From Abditibacterium sp. (GTDB lineage: Bacteria > Armatimonadota > Abditibacteriia > Abditibacteriales > Abditibacteriaceae): DNA of 64,000 nt. Under the pieces are notes generated by a model, which was not told the origin of the DNA, made no database searches, and saw only the letters and a program-made list of their open reading frames with translations. The DNA lies in the NCBI GenBank assembly GCA_965246885.1, contig OZ251992.1:2080001-2144000 (forward strand), read 5' to 3'. Each line of letters starts with the position of its first letter. The stretch's first letter is position 1. The position numbers and the translations under genes are program-made. Positions 18,211-27,082 of the stretch are shown here, in pieces.

Positions 18211-18648
18211 ATGCTTCATTATCTCTGCTTCGCCTGCCGACGCGCGGTGAAGAAACATTACAGTTCGCCTTATCGGACTGCTCTGCACAAGTGCCCAGAG
18301 TGCGGGGGCGCCATGATTCATATGGGAAAATGCTTCGCCGCGCCTCCGCGACAAGACGAACGGGAGTGGAAGAAGTTAGAATGGATGGTGGCCAACGGCT
18401 GGAACGGCAGGAACTGGCCTGTTCGCCCTTCGATGAACCTCGCGGAAGTGCGATCGGCGCTGCGAGCATGGCGGGAAACCGTCGCAACTGCGAAGCGGAA
18501 AGAGAGGGTGAGGCGGTCGCTCGCCAAATTGGGGCGCCGCCCCGCGATGAGTCAACGGATGCAATTCCGCGCGGAACTGAAACGGCAGCGCCGCTACCAA
18601 GACGGCGTCCTATCGGCGCTTGGCAAACTGCCTGAAGACCCCACATGA
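18211..18648 (+). CDS. Hypothetical basic zinc-ribbon protein
   Basis: CFACRR...CPECGGAM..MG..F..P..D...W; ATGA overlap with the next gene. Confidence 0.7.
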   Translation: MLHYLCFACRRAVKKHYSSPYRTALHKCPECGGAMIHMGKCFAAPPRQDEREWKKLEWMVANGWNGRNWPVRPSMNLAEVRSALRAWRETVATAKRKERVRRSLAKLGRRPAMSQRMQFRAELKRQRRYQDGVLSALGKLPEDPT

Positions 18649-19586
18649 CAACGACCCCAGACGGCGCGGTACCCCCTCCAACTCTCCACTTCGCTACGCG
18701 CGGCGCTACCTGTGCCAAGCGCTTGGCTCTCTTCCTTCCGCTCCTCATTGCGTCGCTCGCCGGGTGCGAGCAGGCGCGTCCGCCCAGCCCCGCCGTTGTC
18801 GCGGCGCGCACGGCGACCGGCACGGTTGCCACGAAGTTTGAAACCAAGACGCAACCGGAACCGCCGCGCGCCGGGACGACTTCCATCTGGAATTTCAAGG
18901 TCTTCGATGTCCACAACAAAGAGGACGGGACGCGCAAAGAATGGAAATTCTTCAAGGCTCTGCCGCAAAGCGCGACCGATAAAGGCACAACGCAAGTCTT
19001 GATGAACGCTTGGCTTATCTCCAAAGACAAAGACGTGTTCCTCCCGCAGAAGCCCACTTACGGGCAATACGGCTCCTTCCTCACCGACTGGAACATCCCG
19101 CGCTCTGGCCAATACATCTTGTTCGCCGAGTATCAGCCCGTCGTCGCCAAAGATGAACTTTCGCCCGACGACCTCAAAGGCTCTAAAGCCTTGCCCATCG
19201 AACACGCGCGTTGGGAAGTTGCCGTTGGCGGTCAGGCGAGCGTCGTCCCCGCCTTTTTCGCCGCCTCGACGAATGGCGGACTGAGCTCCGCGTGGAGTCT
19301 TGACGCGAGCGACTACGGTACGCGCGCCCCCTTCACCGTTGCGCTCGCCGCGCGGTCGCTCGCGGTGGGTGTGCCCGCTACACTCGCGCCCAAATTGGGC
19401 GACGTCATCGGCGTAGTCACGGAGCAGTCCGTCACGGCGTTGTCGCCGGACACGCAAACTCTGTTGCACGCCGTCGGCGCCGCGCCGCAACTGACCTTCA
19501 CCCAAAGGGGCGTGTGGCGGGTGTGGTTCACGTTTCGCGTGGACGGCAAACCGTTCGCCGCGTCGTTCGATTTAACCGTTCGGTGA
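18645..19586 (+). CDS. Putative lipoprotein with two Ig-like halves
   Basis: Lipobox LAGC after hydrophobic stretch; repeated G.Y.LFAEY / G.WRVWFTF motifs. Confidence 0.7.
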   Translation: MTTTPDGAVPPPTLHFATRGATCAKRLALFLPLLIASLAGCEQARPPSPAVVAARTATGTVATKFETKTQPEPPRAGTTSIWNFKVFDVHNKEDGTRKEWKFFKALPQSATDKGTTQVLMNAWLISKDKDVFLPQKPTYGQYGSFLTDWNIPRSGQYILFAEYQPVVAKDELSPDDLKGSKALPIEHARWEVAVGGQASVVPAFFAASTNGGLSSAWSLDASDYGTRAPFTVALAARSLAVGVPATLAPKLGDVIGVVTEQSVTALSPDTQTLLHAVGAAPQLTFTQRGVWRVWFTFRVDGKPFAASFDLTVR

Positions 19587-20048
19587 TTTGTCGTAGGCTG
19601 CCGCTTCGACTAGCACGCCGTCGAAGTCGTGGAAGTAGACCAGCCGCTTCGCGCCCAGACTGCCGACGCGAAAGGGGACTTCGACGGGTTCGCCGAGGAG
19701 TTCCAATCCTAACGCGCGCACTCTGGCGAGGGTGGCGTCGAGGTCATCTACCTCGAAGGCGATATGCCGGACGCCCCTTGTGTTCGCCTGCCCGTTGGGG
19801 GTACACTCGACGCCCTCAGGGGCGTCGTAGCGGATGAGTTCGAGGCGCGCGCCGCGTTCGTTACCGTCGGGCGCTTCCAAGAACAGGCACTCCGCCCTCG
19901 CGCCGGGAAGTCCGCTGACTTGCGCAATCCAGTCGCCTTCCAAAACTGCCGAGAAGCCGCGTTGCCAGCCGAAGACGTGCTCATAGAAGCGCGCGGCGCG
20001 CTCTAAATCGGCCACCACAAGGTTGACGTGATCTAACCTTGCGCTCAC
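19572..20048 (-). CDS. VOC/glyoxalase family protein
   Basis: LDHVNLVVADLERAARFY, RHIAFEVDDLD, YFHDFDG. Confidence 0.9.
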   Translation of the reverse strand: MSARLDHVNLVVADLERAARFYEHVFGWQRGFSAVLEGDWIAQVSGLPGARAECLFLEAPDGNERGARLELIRYDAPEGVECTPNGQANTRGVRHIAFEVDDLDATLARVRALGLELLGEPVEVPFRVGSLGAKRLVYFHDFDGVLVEAAAYDKSPNG

Positions 20049-21154
20049 AGTTCCTCCAGAAACGCCGCCAGTTGCGAGCGTGTCGGGCTTTGCGCGCTAC
20101 GCACGTAGTAGCCGCTCGTGCCCACGCCCATTTGCAGAGCTTGCGCCAGACTCCCGCCCAGCAATAATCCCAAGCAAAACCCGGCGTTAAAATGGTCGCC
20201 CGCGCCCGTCGAAATGAGCGGATGCGCGATCCAAGGCCCGTTGACGGTTGCCGCGTCGTGGGAATTGGCCGCCGCCGCGAAGCGAGTGGGATGCACCACG
20301 ACCGTCCCAATCTCCAAGCGCGCGCGGATGGCCGCCGCCAACTCCGGCGCGCTTTCGTGGTCTAAAACTTCACCCAAGGGGGTTGGCACATCGAGCACTT
20401 CCCCGACTTGCAAGGCTTCCTTTTCGTTCAAGCCCAGTATCACGTCGTGCCGCTCGCCGAAGCGCGCAATGGTGTCCATCGCTTCCAGAATGTCCTCTTT
20501 GCTCCGCTTTTCCGGGTCGGCGAGGTCGAAGAAGACCGTCTTGCGCGCTTCGTGCGAGAGGTTCACCAGCATCTCGCCCCACAGCGCGGTCATGTAAGGC
20601 AGCATCGTCCAGTTCACGACGCCGACAAAGCGCGCGGCTTCCCATGCCGCCGCGAAGGTGTCCCGTCCGACGTTGCGCTCGATATTGGCCCACGTCACCT
20701 GCGCGACGGTCGCGTGCTTGCCGACGATGAGCTTGCCGTCGTCGAACTCATAAGCATCGGTAAAGGCGGGGTCGCAGATGGGCAGCAGCTTGGCCCGCGT
20801 CGCAAAGTCGGCGAACACCTCGTGCGGAAAGGGGTGCCCCGTCATGCCGCAATAGGTCACGTCCGAGCTGAGTGCGCCGAGGGCGTTGGCCATGATGGGG
20901 CCGTTGCCGCCCAACTTGAGAAGCGTGGGCACGATTTCGACGTTGGCCGACTTGCCCGCCGCCGCCGCGATGCGCTCGCCAAAGGCGCGTAGTGTCGGGA
21001 TGCGCGAGTAGTTCGCCGCGTCGTGGCGCGTTTCGACGGCATCACAAATGGTATCCACGAACCCATCGAAACCCAACAAAGCCGGAATGGGCGGAGCGTC
21101 AAAGCGGAGCAGGGCGGCGCTGTCGCGCGCCAAAGAAGCGGAAGAATGAAGCAT
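20045..21154 (-). CDS. PfkB/ribokinase-family carbohydrate kinase
   Basis: LGGNGPIMA, C-terminal STGAGDHFNAGF. Confidence 0.88.
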   Translation of the reverse strand: MLHSSASLARDSAALLRFDAPPIPALLGFDGFVDTICDAVETRHDAANYSRIPTLRAFGERIAAAAGKSANVEIVPTLLKLGGNGPIMANALGALSSDVTYCGMTGHPFPHEVFADFATRAKLLPICDPAFTDAYEFDDGKLIVGKHATVAQVTWANIERNVGRDTFAAAWEAARFVGVVNWTMLPYMTALWGEMLVNLSHEARKTVFFDLADPEKRSKEDILEAMDTIARFGERHDVILGLNEKEALQVGEVLDVPTPLGEVLDHESAPELAAAIRARLEIGTVVVHPTRFAAAANSHDAATVNGPWIAHPLISTGAGDHFNAGFCLGLLLGGSLAQALQMGVGTSGYYVRSAQSPTRSQLAAFLEEL

Positions 21155-21226
21155 CGCAGGGGTTAAGGATGCCAAATCAGTCGTTGGCGCGGGCGGGCGG
21201 CTCGTTCGTTTGTGTGCGTCAGTGGT

Positions 21227-21294
21227 TGACAGAGCCGCGCCAATGGAAGAATTAGCCGCGCCGATGAATGACAGGGCCGCGCCGATGGGTGACG
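21227..21294. repeat. 21-bp-period degenerate tandem repeat (3 units)
   Basis: GCCGCGCC(A/G)ATG at 21234, 21255, 21276. Confidence 0.7.
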
Positions 21295-21392
21295 GACACA
21301 AATAACTCCCTGGATTACCTACTTGGGGGACAGATTCGCGTCGCTCCCGGCGCGGTTTAGGCAAGGAATCCGATTTGCGCATACTCCGCGCG

Positions 21393-21908
21393 ATGAATTA
21401 CCTTCGCAACCCGCGCGCTTATGCCGACGGACTGCCCGGAGTGGGCCTATTAATCTTGCGCATGTTCCTCGGCTACGCGATGATGATGCACTCGTTGGGC
21501 AAAATCGGACACCCGTTCAGTTGGATGGATGGGCGCGGGCCGTCGGGCGTTCCCGGCTTCTTCCAAGCCCTTGGCGCGGCGGGCGAGTTCGCGGGCGGAT
21601 TGGGATTGCTGTTCGGCCTGCTCACGCCCATCGCCGCGTTTGGCGTGATGTCCACCATGTTCGTGGCCACCATGTTCTTGCTTACCCACGCGCCTGCTCC
21701 GCACTACTTCATCAAGCCCCAAGATGTCAAAGACGGCAGCGATTATGAAAGCTCCGCGATGTATTTCATCTTCGCGCTCACCCTGTTCCTGACTGGCCCC
21801 GGTCGCTTGTCGGTGGATGCGTTCTTGTTCGGGCGCAACCGTAGTGCCGCCGCCGTGCCCAAAGCCGTCGCGCCATCGCCCGCGCCCCCGGCTCCCATCA
21901 AAAGCTGA
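21393..21908 (+). CDS. DoxX family membrane protein
   Basis: GLLILRM..G, EFAGGLGLLFGLLT, GPGRLSVD. Confidence 0.9.
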   Translation: MNYLRNPRAYADGLPGVGLLILRMFLGYAMMMHSLGKIGHPFSWMDGRGPSGVPGFFQALGAAGEFAGGLGLLFGLLTPIAAFGVMSTMFVATMFLLTHAPAPHYFIKPQDVKDGSDYESSAMYFIFALTLFLTGPGRLSVDAFLFGRNRSAAAVPKAVAPSPAPPAPIKS

Positions 21909-21971
21909 CGCCCAACGACCGGCGTGCGCGTCCTAAACTCGAAAGCTCTCGCTTTCGAGTTTTCCGTTTTC

Positions 21972-23327
21972 ATGCTTTCCTCTCTCCAAGAAAAAATCTC
22001 CGGCGCTTTTGCCAAACTGCGCGGCAAGGGGCGCTTGTCCGAAGCCGACGTGGACGCGGCATTGCGCGAAGTGCGCCTCGCGCTTCTCGAAGCGGACGTG
22101 AACTTCAAGATTGTCAAAGAGTTCGTCGCCCGCGTGCGCGAAAAGGCCGTCGGGCGCGATGTGTTGGACAGTCTGTCACCCGACCAGATGGTCGTGGGCA
22201 TCGTGCGCGACGAACTGCAAGCCCTCTTGGGCGGCCAAACGCACCGCCTGAACTGGAGTTCGCGCCCGCCGACCATCATCCTGCTCGCGGGCTTGCAAGG
22301 CACGGGCAAAACCACCACCGCCGGAAAGCTGGCGGGGCTTCTCAAGCGCGAGGGCAAGAAGCCGCTTCTTGTGGCGTGCGACGTTTACCGCCCGCAAGCC
22401 ATCTTGCAACTCCAAACCGTCGGCAAGCAAGTCGGCGCGCACGTTTACGAGGAAGGCAAAGGCAACCCCGTTCATATCGCGCAGCGCGGCGTGAGCTACG
22501 CGCGCGAGCACGGGCACGATGTCGTCATTATCGACACGGCGGGCCGCTTGCACGTGGACGAAGCGATGATGAGCGAGGTTAAGGCCATCTTCGAGGCGGT
22601 CAAACCGGACGAAACCTTGCTTGCGCTCGACGCCATGACCGGCCAAGACGCCGTGCAAGCCGCCGCCGCGTTCAACGAGGCGCTCGCGCTAACGGGCGTA
22701 ATCCTCACCAAGATGGACGGCGACGCGCGCGGCGGCGCGATTTTGTCCGTGCGCTCCGTCACGGGCGTTGCGGTCAAGTTCATCGGCACGGGCGAAAAGT
22801 TGGACGCCATCGAGCAGTTCTACCCCGACCGCATGGCCGGACGGATATTGGGCATGGGCGACATTCTCTCGCTCGTCGAGACGGCGCAGAAGAACTTCGA
22901 TGTCAAGAGCGCCGACGAAATGGAGAAGCGGATGCGCAAGGGTGTCTTCGACTTCGAGGATTTCCTCGCGCAGATGCGCGAAATGCGCAAAATGGGGCCG
23001 ATGGAGAAGATACTGGAGATGCTTCCCGGCATGCCGAAGATGCCCGCCGGAGCCGCGCCGGGAATGGACGAGAAGTCCATGAAGCGCGTCGAAGCCATCG
23101 TGCTTTCGATGACGCCCAAAGAACGCCGCAACCCCGATCTTATGAACGGCAGCCGCAAAAAACGAATCGCCGCCGGAAGCGGCACGAGCGTGCAGGAAGT
23201 CAACCGCCTCCTCAACCAATTCCGCGACATGCAAAAGATGATGAAGCAACTCCAAGCCATGCAAACCGGCAAAATGAAAATGCCGCGCGGCTTCAACCCC
23301 GCCAACATGATGCGCGGGCGACGGTGA
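21972..23327 (+). CDS. ffh: Signal recognition particle protein
   Basis: GLQGTGKTT, DTAGR, TKMDGDARGG, Met-rich M domain. Confidence 0.98.
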   Translation: MLSSLQEKISGAFAKLRGKGRLSEADVDAALREVRLALLEADVNFKIVKEFVARVREKAVGRDVLDSLSPDQMVVGIVRDELQALLGGQTHRLNWSSRPPTIILLAGLQGTGKTTTAGKLAGLLKREGKKPLLVACDVYRPQAILQLQTVGKQVGAHVYEEGKGNPVHIAQRGVSYAREHGHDVVIIDTAGRLHVDEAMMSEVKAIFEAVKPDETLLALDAMTGQDAVQAAAAFNEALALTGVILTKMDGDARGGAILSVRSVTGVAVKFIGTGEKLDAIEQFYPDRMAGRILGMGDILSLVETAQKNFDVKSADEMEKRMRKGVFDFEDFLAQMREMRKMGPMEKILEMLPGMPKMPAGAAPGMDEKSMKRVEAIVLSMTPKERRNPDLMNGSRKKRIAAGSGTSVQEVNRLLNQFRDMQKMMKQLQAMQTGKMKMPRGFNPANMMRGRR

Positions 23328-23333
23328 AGCGGC

Positions 23334-25061
23334 CTACTTGTCCAAACCCAACTCTTTGATCTTCGCCAACACATCCGCCCCGTGCGTTTGGACGTGGACA
23401 TCGGTGTCTATCCAACGCACGACACCCGCTTTGTCAATGAGGAAAGATAGGCGCGAGGGCGCGTCAGTCTGGCTTTGGACGGCGCCCCACGCGAGGGCGA
23501 CGCGGCGGTTCGTGTCGTTCAGGACGGGAAAGGGCAGGTGCAACTGCTCGGCGAAAGCGCGCACCTTCGCCACGTCGTCGGTTGATACGGCGATGACCTG
23601 TGTGCCGCTCGCTTGCAAGGCCGGATATGCCGCGCGAAGTGACGCGAGATGCGACTCGCACCCGCCCGTGAAGCAGTGCGGGAAGAAGGTCAGCAACACA
23701 TTCGAGCGGCCCCGAAAGTCGGCGAGCGAGACCGTTTTTCCTTGCGTGTTCATTCCTACACAAGCAGGCGCAGGGGCGTTCAACGTGACGCCTTGTGCGA
23801 GCACGGGGAGCGTGCCTTCGCCGATGGTTCCGGCCATATCGAGAGGCAGTTCGCGCCCGTCCGACAGTTCGACGTTGGCGCGCTCGAAAAAGCTGTCGTC
23901 TTTTTTGCCAGCGACAGGGATGAGCAACTCGATGGCGTGCGCGCGGGCTTCTATGTTTGGCGCGAAGTGCGCGGTGAAGCCCTTCATTTGGGAAGTAATG
24001 CCGCGAATCGAGAAGGGGCGCGGGCCGTGAACGACTACTACGCGCCGTGCTGTGCCGAGGGGCGATTTGTCCAACACGACCATGCGCGGCGACGCGGAAA
24101 TGTCGTTGGAGATGAAGCCGCCAACTGGCACCGACAGCGAGCGAAGCGGGGCGCCCACAAGTTCGAGTAGCACGCTCCCGGCAAGCGGGCCTTCGGGCGC
24201 CGAGGCAGGCGCGGTCACGTCCAACGAAAAGCGCGGCAGAGCCGGGGATTTGGCATCGGCAACCGGGGGCGCGGCGACTTGGGATTGCAAGCGCGTTTGA
24301 AGCCACGCGGGAGAAGCGACCACGCGCGCCACTTTCCAGCCGACGGGTAGCTCGAAGTCGCTCTGGGCGCTTAAGGTTTGGCCCTTTTCGCCGAACAGCG
24401 AAAGCGGCGCGGGCACTTGGAAGGGCGCAAAGGTCGGCTTCGATTGGAGCGCCAACACCATCCTCCCCGCCACCGCGTCACCCGCCTGAAGCGTGACGCG
24501 CACCAGCCGCTCGGAATCGGCGTGCATCGTGGCAGTGAGCGTGGTGCTTTCTCCGGCGAGGAGGCGGCTTTTGTCCAACTTGGCAGCCGTGCAACCGCAC
24601 GAAGTCGAGACGACCGCGAGGTCGAGCGGCACGCGCCCCGTGTTGCGAAGCGCGTAGTGCGCCACGACCTGCGCGTCGTCGCCGAGCGCCGTGATGGGCA
24701 CGATTTGCACCGCGTCGTCTACCGCAAGCGCCGGGGCGGGCACGGTCGGAACGAGCGCCTCGCCGCCATACAATGCCGCGAGTTCCTTGATGGGCAGTAG
24801 CGAAAACGCGCCCTCCACCGACACCAACACCGCGTCCCGCCCCCACGCCGCCACCAACACCTGCTTCGCTCCGTTCAATGGCGCGCGCAACGACAACAGC
24901 GCCATCTGCCGCCCCGCCGCCAACTGCGCGAGCGACACCTTTTGCGAACGCGCCGCGACGGGCGCATCGGACAAAAGGGCGAACGGGTTCGCCGCTTGCG
25001 GTTGGGCATGGGCGAGCGGCGACAGCAGGAGGAGGGACAGCCCGAAAAGGTGCGGTTTCAT
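23334..25061 (-). CDS. Exported protein: partial C39-like domain + DUF1573 + Ig-like + peroxiredoxin (BCP/AhpC-TSA)
   Basis: Signal peptide ending AHA; NTG..PL....SCGCT (DUF1573); C-terminal FFPHCFTGGC (PxxxTxxC). Confidence 0.82.
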   Translation of the reverse strand: MKPHLFGLSLLLLSPLAHAQPQAANPFALLSDAPVAARSQKVSLAQLAAGRQMALLSLRAPLNGAKQVLVAAWGRDAVLVSVEGAFSLLPIKELAALYGGEALVPTVPAPALAVDDAVQIVPITALGDDAQVVAHYALRNTGRVPLDLAVVSTSCGCTAAKLDKSRLLAGESTTLTATMHADSERLVRVTLQAGDAVAGRMVLALQSKPTFAPFQVPAPLSLFGEKGQTLSAQSDFELPVGWKVARVVASPAWLQTRLQSQVAAPPVADAKSPALPRFSLDVTAPASAPEGPLAGSVLLELVGAPLRSLSVPVGGFISNDISASPRMVVLDKSPLGTARRVVVVHGPRPFSIRGITSQMKGFTAHFAPNIEARAHAIELLIPVAGKKDDSFFERANVELSDGRELPLDMAGTIGEGTLPVLAQGVTLNAPAPACVGMNTQGKTVSLADFRGRSNVLLTFFPHCFTGGCESHLASLRAAYPALQASGTQVIAVSTDDVAKVRAFAEQLHLPFPVLNDTNRRVALAWGAVQSQTDAPSRLSFLIDKAGVVRWIDTDVHVQTHGADVLAKIKELGLDK

Positions 25062-25104
25062 GGGAAGAAGGGGCGGCGGAAACTCACGAACAAGGCGCGG
25101 AATC

Positions 25105-25177
25105 CCGTAGGGACGCTGCTTGCCGCGTCCGTTCTGGATAGTAACATGAGCGGACGCGGCAAGCAACGTCCCTACGG
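25105..25177. repeat. GTAG-type REP doublet (palindrome)
   Basis: CCGTAGGGACGCTGCTTGCCGCGTCCG ... CGGACGCGGCAAGCAACGTCCCTACGG. Confidence 0.8.
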
Positions 25178-25214
25178 ACGACATCGTTTTGCTTGGTAGT
25201 GACGGAAGCTGTTA

Positions 25215-26627
25215 CTACTTACCCCCCGCCACTTTCGGCGGGTTAAGCAAAATCGCCAGTTGCAAGCGCGGCACAATCGGGTCGTTGGTTTGAAGCGAGA
25301 CGAGGACGTTTTGCGTGGGCGCCTTGAGAATCGAGCGCCACTTGACCTTGAGATCAAGCGTCGCCGTCTCGCCCGGAGCGAGCGTGTCCTTGGACAACTT
25401 CGAGTCGGTCACGCCCAACAACGGGTATTCCAACTGCAACGTGAGCGGCGTTTTGCCCGTGTTGCGGAGCGTGAACAACTGCGGCACTTCGGCATCGAGC
25501 GACGGCAGTTGAATCGAGCGCACCGCGTCCTCGGCCACGATACCCGCACTTTGCGCGACCGCCTTGGTCGGCACGAGCGCCTCGCCGGAGTAGCGCCCTT
25601 CCAACACGCTCCGCTCCACATTGCGCGTTAAGCCCCGGTCAATCACCACCGCGCGGTTAGCGTCCAACGCCGTCAAGGTCACGATGCGCCCATCGTCCTT
25701 CAAGAACAACGCCGCCGCCATCCCGCTCGCTTGCAACTGCGCCAACGTCAGCTTTTGCACCCGCGTGTCCAGCCCCAACTTCGTCGCGCCCGCTTGGATG
25801 TCCGACAACGTGAACTCCGGCTGCGCCGGGTCGAACTGCTTCCATAGCTGCTCGCGGTCGATGCCATAAATGGTCGGATACGTCACGCGGCGCGAGAGCT
25901 GGACAAGAGATTCAGGCCCACCATTATCATCAACGACATTGGTATTTATTTCAGGCTTTCCAATGAGGTGCTTTCTTTGAAACACATATTGATAGAACTC
26001 TTGGTAATCAACTACATCGAACCCGACACCTGCCTGTTGCGGAAATACAACCGAGAATCCGTCCGAGTCCTGCCAAAGTGCCTCGTCAAATGGAACCCTC
26101 GCTATTACTCCGTCAGACTTCAAAACCAAATAGTATCCAGACGGATTACTCGCTGTAGATTCATGAAGTAATGATGAGTTCTTCCTTGAATATATATCAA
26201 TGTGTGCAAATATATCCTGCTCACCTTTCTTGAGTGGGGATCCTATAGGAGATCCATCAAGTCTCCTTTCGGGCCTAAAAACGGATATAGTATCCAAAGC
26301 GTGTTCCCTAATGGATCTGCTTTCCGCGAATTTGTTATTAGGGTCAATGAGGTGTGAGACGACGTCTTTTTCTGACTCAAATCCATACACCTCACTATTA
26401 GCAATCATGTCATCTATTAAGTCTTTCCTATTCACAGGATAGGAGAGGCCATGATTTTTGGTGTAAATCTGGATAGCCCTACGGAGGTCTGACAAGATTC
26501 TCTCGCCAGAAGAAGTGTCTTGTCCATACTTGTAACTGATTGGCTCATCTGCCTTGGAATGCTGAATATGCACAAGTAATGCACAGCAGATACAAACCGT
26601 TATTACAATCTGTTTTTTGTTCTTCAT
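25215..26627 (-). CDS. Exported protein: AT-rich N-terminal domain + inactive C39-peptidase-like domain + DUF1573-like Ig domain
   Basis: Signal peptide; GGPESL...TLSDIQAGATKLGL...RYSGEAL C39 pattern lacking Cys/His; FTLRNTGKTPL..LAPGE. Confidence 0.72.
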   Translation of the reverse strand: MKNKKQIVITVCICCALLVHIQHSKADEPISYKYGQDTSSGERILSDLRRAIQIYTKNHGLSYPVNRKDLIDDMIANSEVYGFESEKDVVSHLIDPNNKFAESRSIREHALDTISVFRPERRLDGSPIGSPLKKGEQDIFAHIDIYSRKNSSLLHESTASNPSGYYLVLKSDGVIARVPFDEALWQDSDGFSVVFPQQAGVGFDVVDYQEFYQYVFQRKHLIGKPEINTNVVDDNGGPESLVQLSRRVTYPTIYGIDREQLWKQFDPAQPEFTLSDIQAGATKLGLDTRVQKLTLAQLQASGMAAALFLKDDGRIVTLTALDANRAVVIDRGLTRNVERSVLEGRYSGEALVPTKAVAQSAGIVAEDAVRSIQLPSLDAEVPQLFTLRNTGKTPLTLQLEYPLLGVTDSKLSKDTLAPGETATLDLKVKWRSILKAPTQNVLVSLQTNDPIVPRLQLAILLNPPKVAGGK

Positions 26628-26694
26628 GTCTTGTTGAATCGGCGGAACATATCTATCGAGACGATCCCGACAGATATGTTCCACCAAGTATGGT

Positions 26695-27060
26695 TCAGGC
26701 GCTGAGGCAAGTTCCTTCTTCTACGACATAGCGAACTTCAGTGCATCTGGTCAGAGGTGGCTGCATAAAACCTCGAGGGAATTTGTAGTAGTCGTAGGTT
26801 ACGCTTTCTTTGCTGAATGGCGTAAGCACGCAACTGCCGGAAGGGTCGTAACAGCCACCAACTGACAATTTGTCTGACACCAAATCGCGAACTGTGTTTG
26901 CAGAAGTCGCACATATGACATCTGTTGGTGGAAACGTGCGGGGACATTTACTCGCATGTGCAGGTTTGGCCGAGCAGAACAGCAGACTAAGGGCTGGTGC
27001 AAGGACGAGTGTGAGCAACTTCTTTTTGCTTGATGTGTGGAGTGAGCTGGATTTTAACAT
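26695..27060 (-). CDS. Small secreted cysteine-rich protein (6 Cys in mature part)
   Basis: Basic n-region, hydrophobic core, AHA cleavage site; GGGA upstream; co-oriented in operon. Confidence 0.7.
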   Translation of the reverse strand: MLKSSSLHTSSKKKLLTLVLAPALSLLFCSAKPAHASKCPRTFPPTDVICATSANTVRDLVSDKLSVGGCYDPSGSCVLTPFSKESVTYDYYKFPRGFMQPPLTRCTEVRYVVEEGTCLSA

Positions 27061-27082
27061 GGTTTCCCGTGGCTATAGTTGT

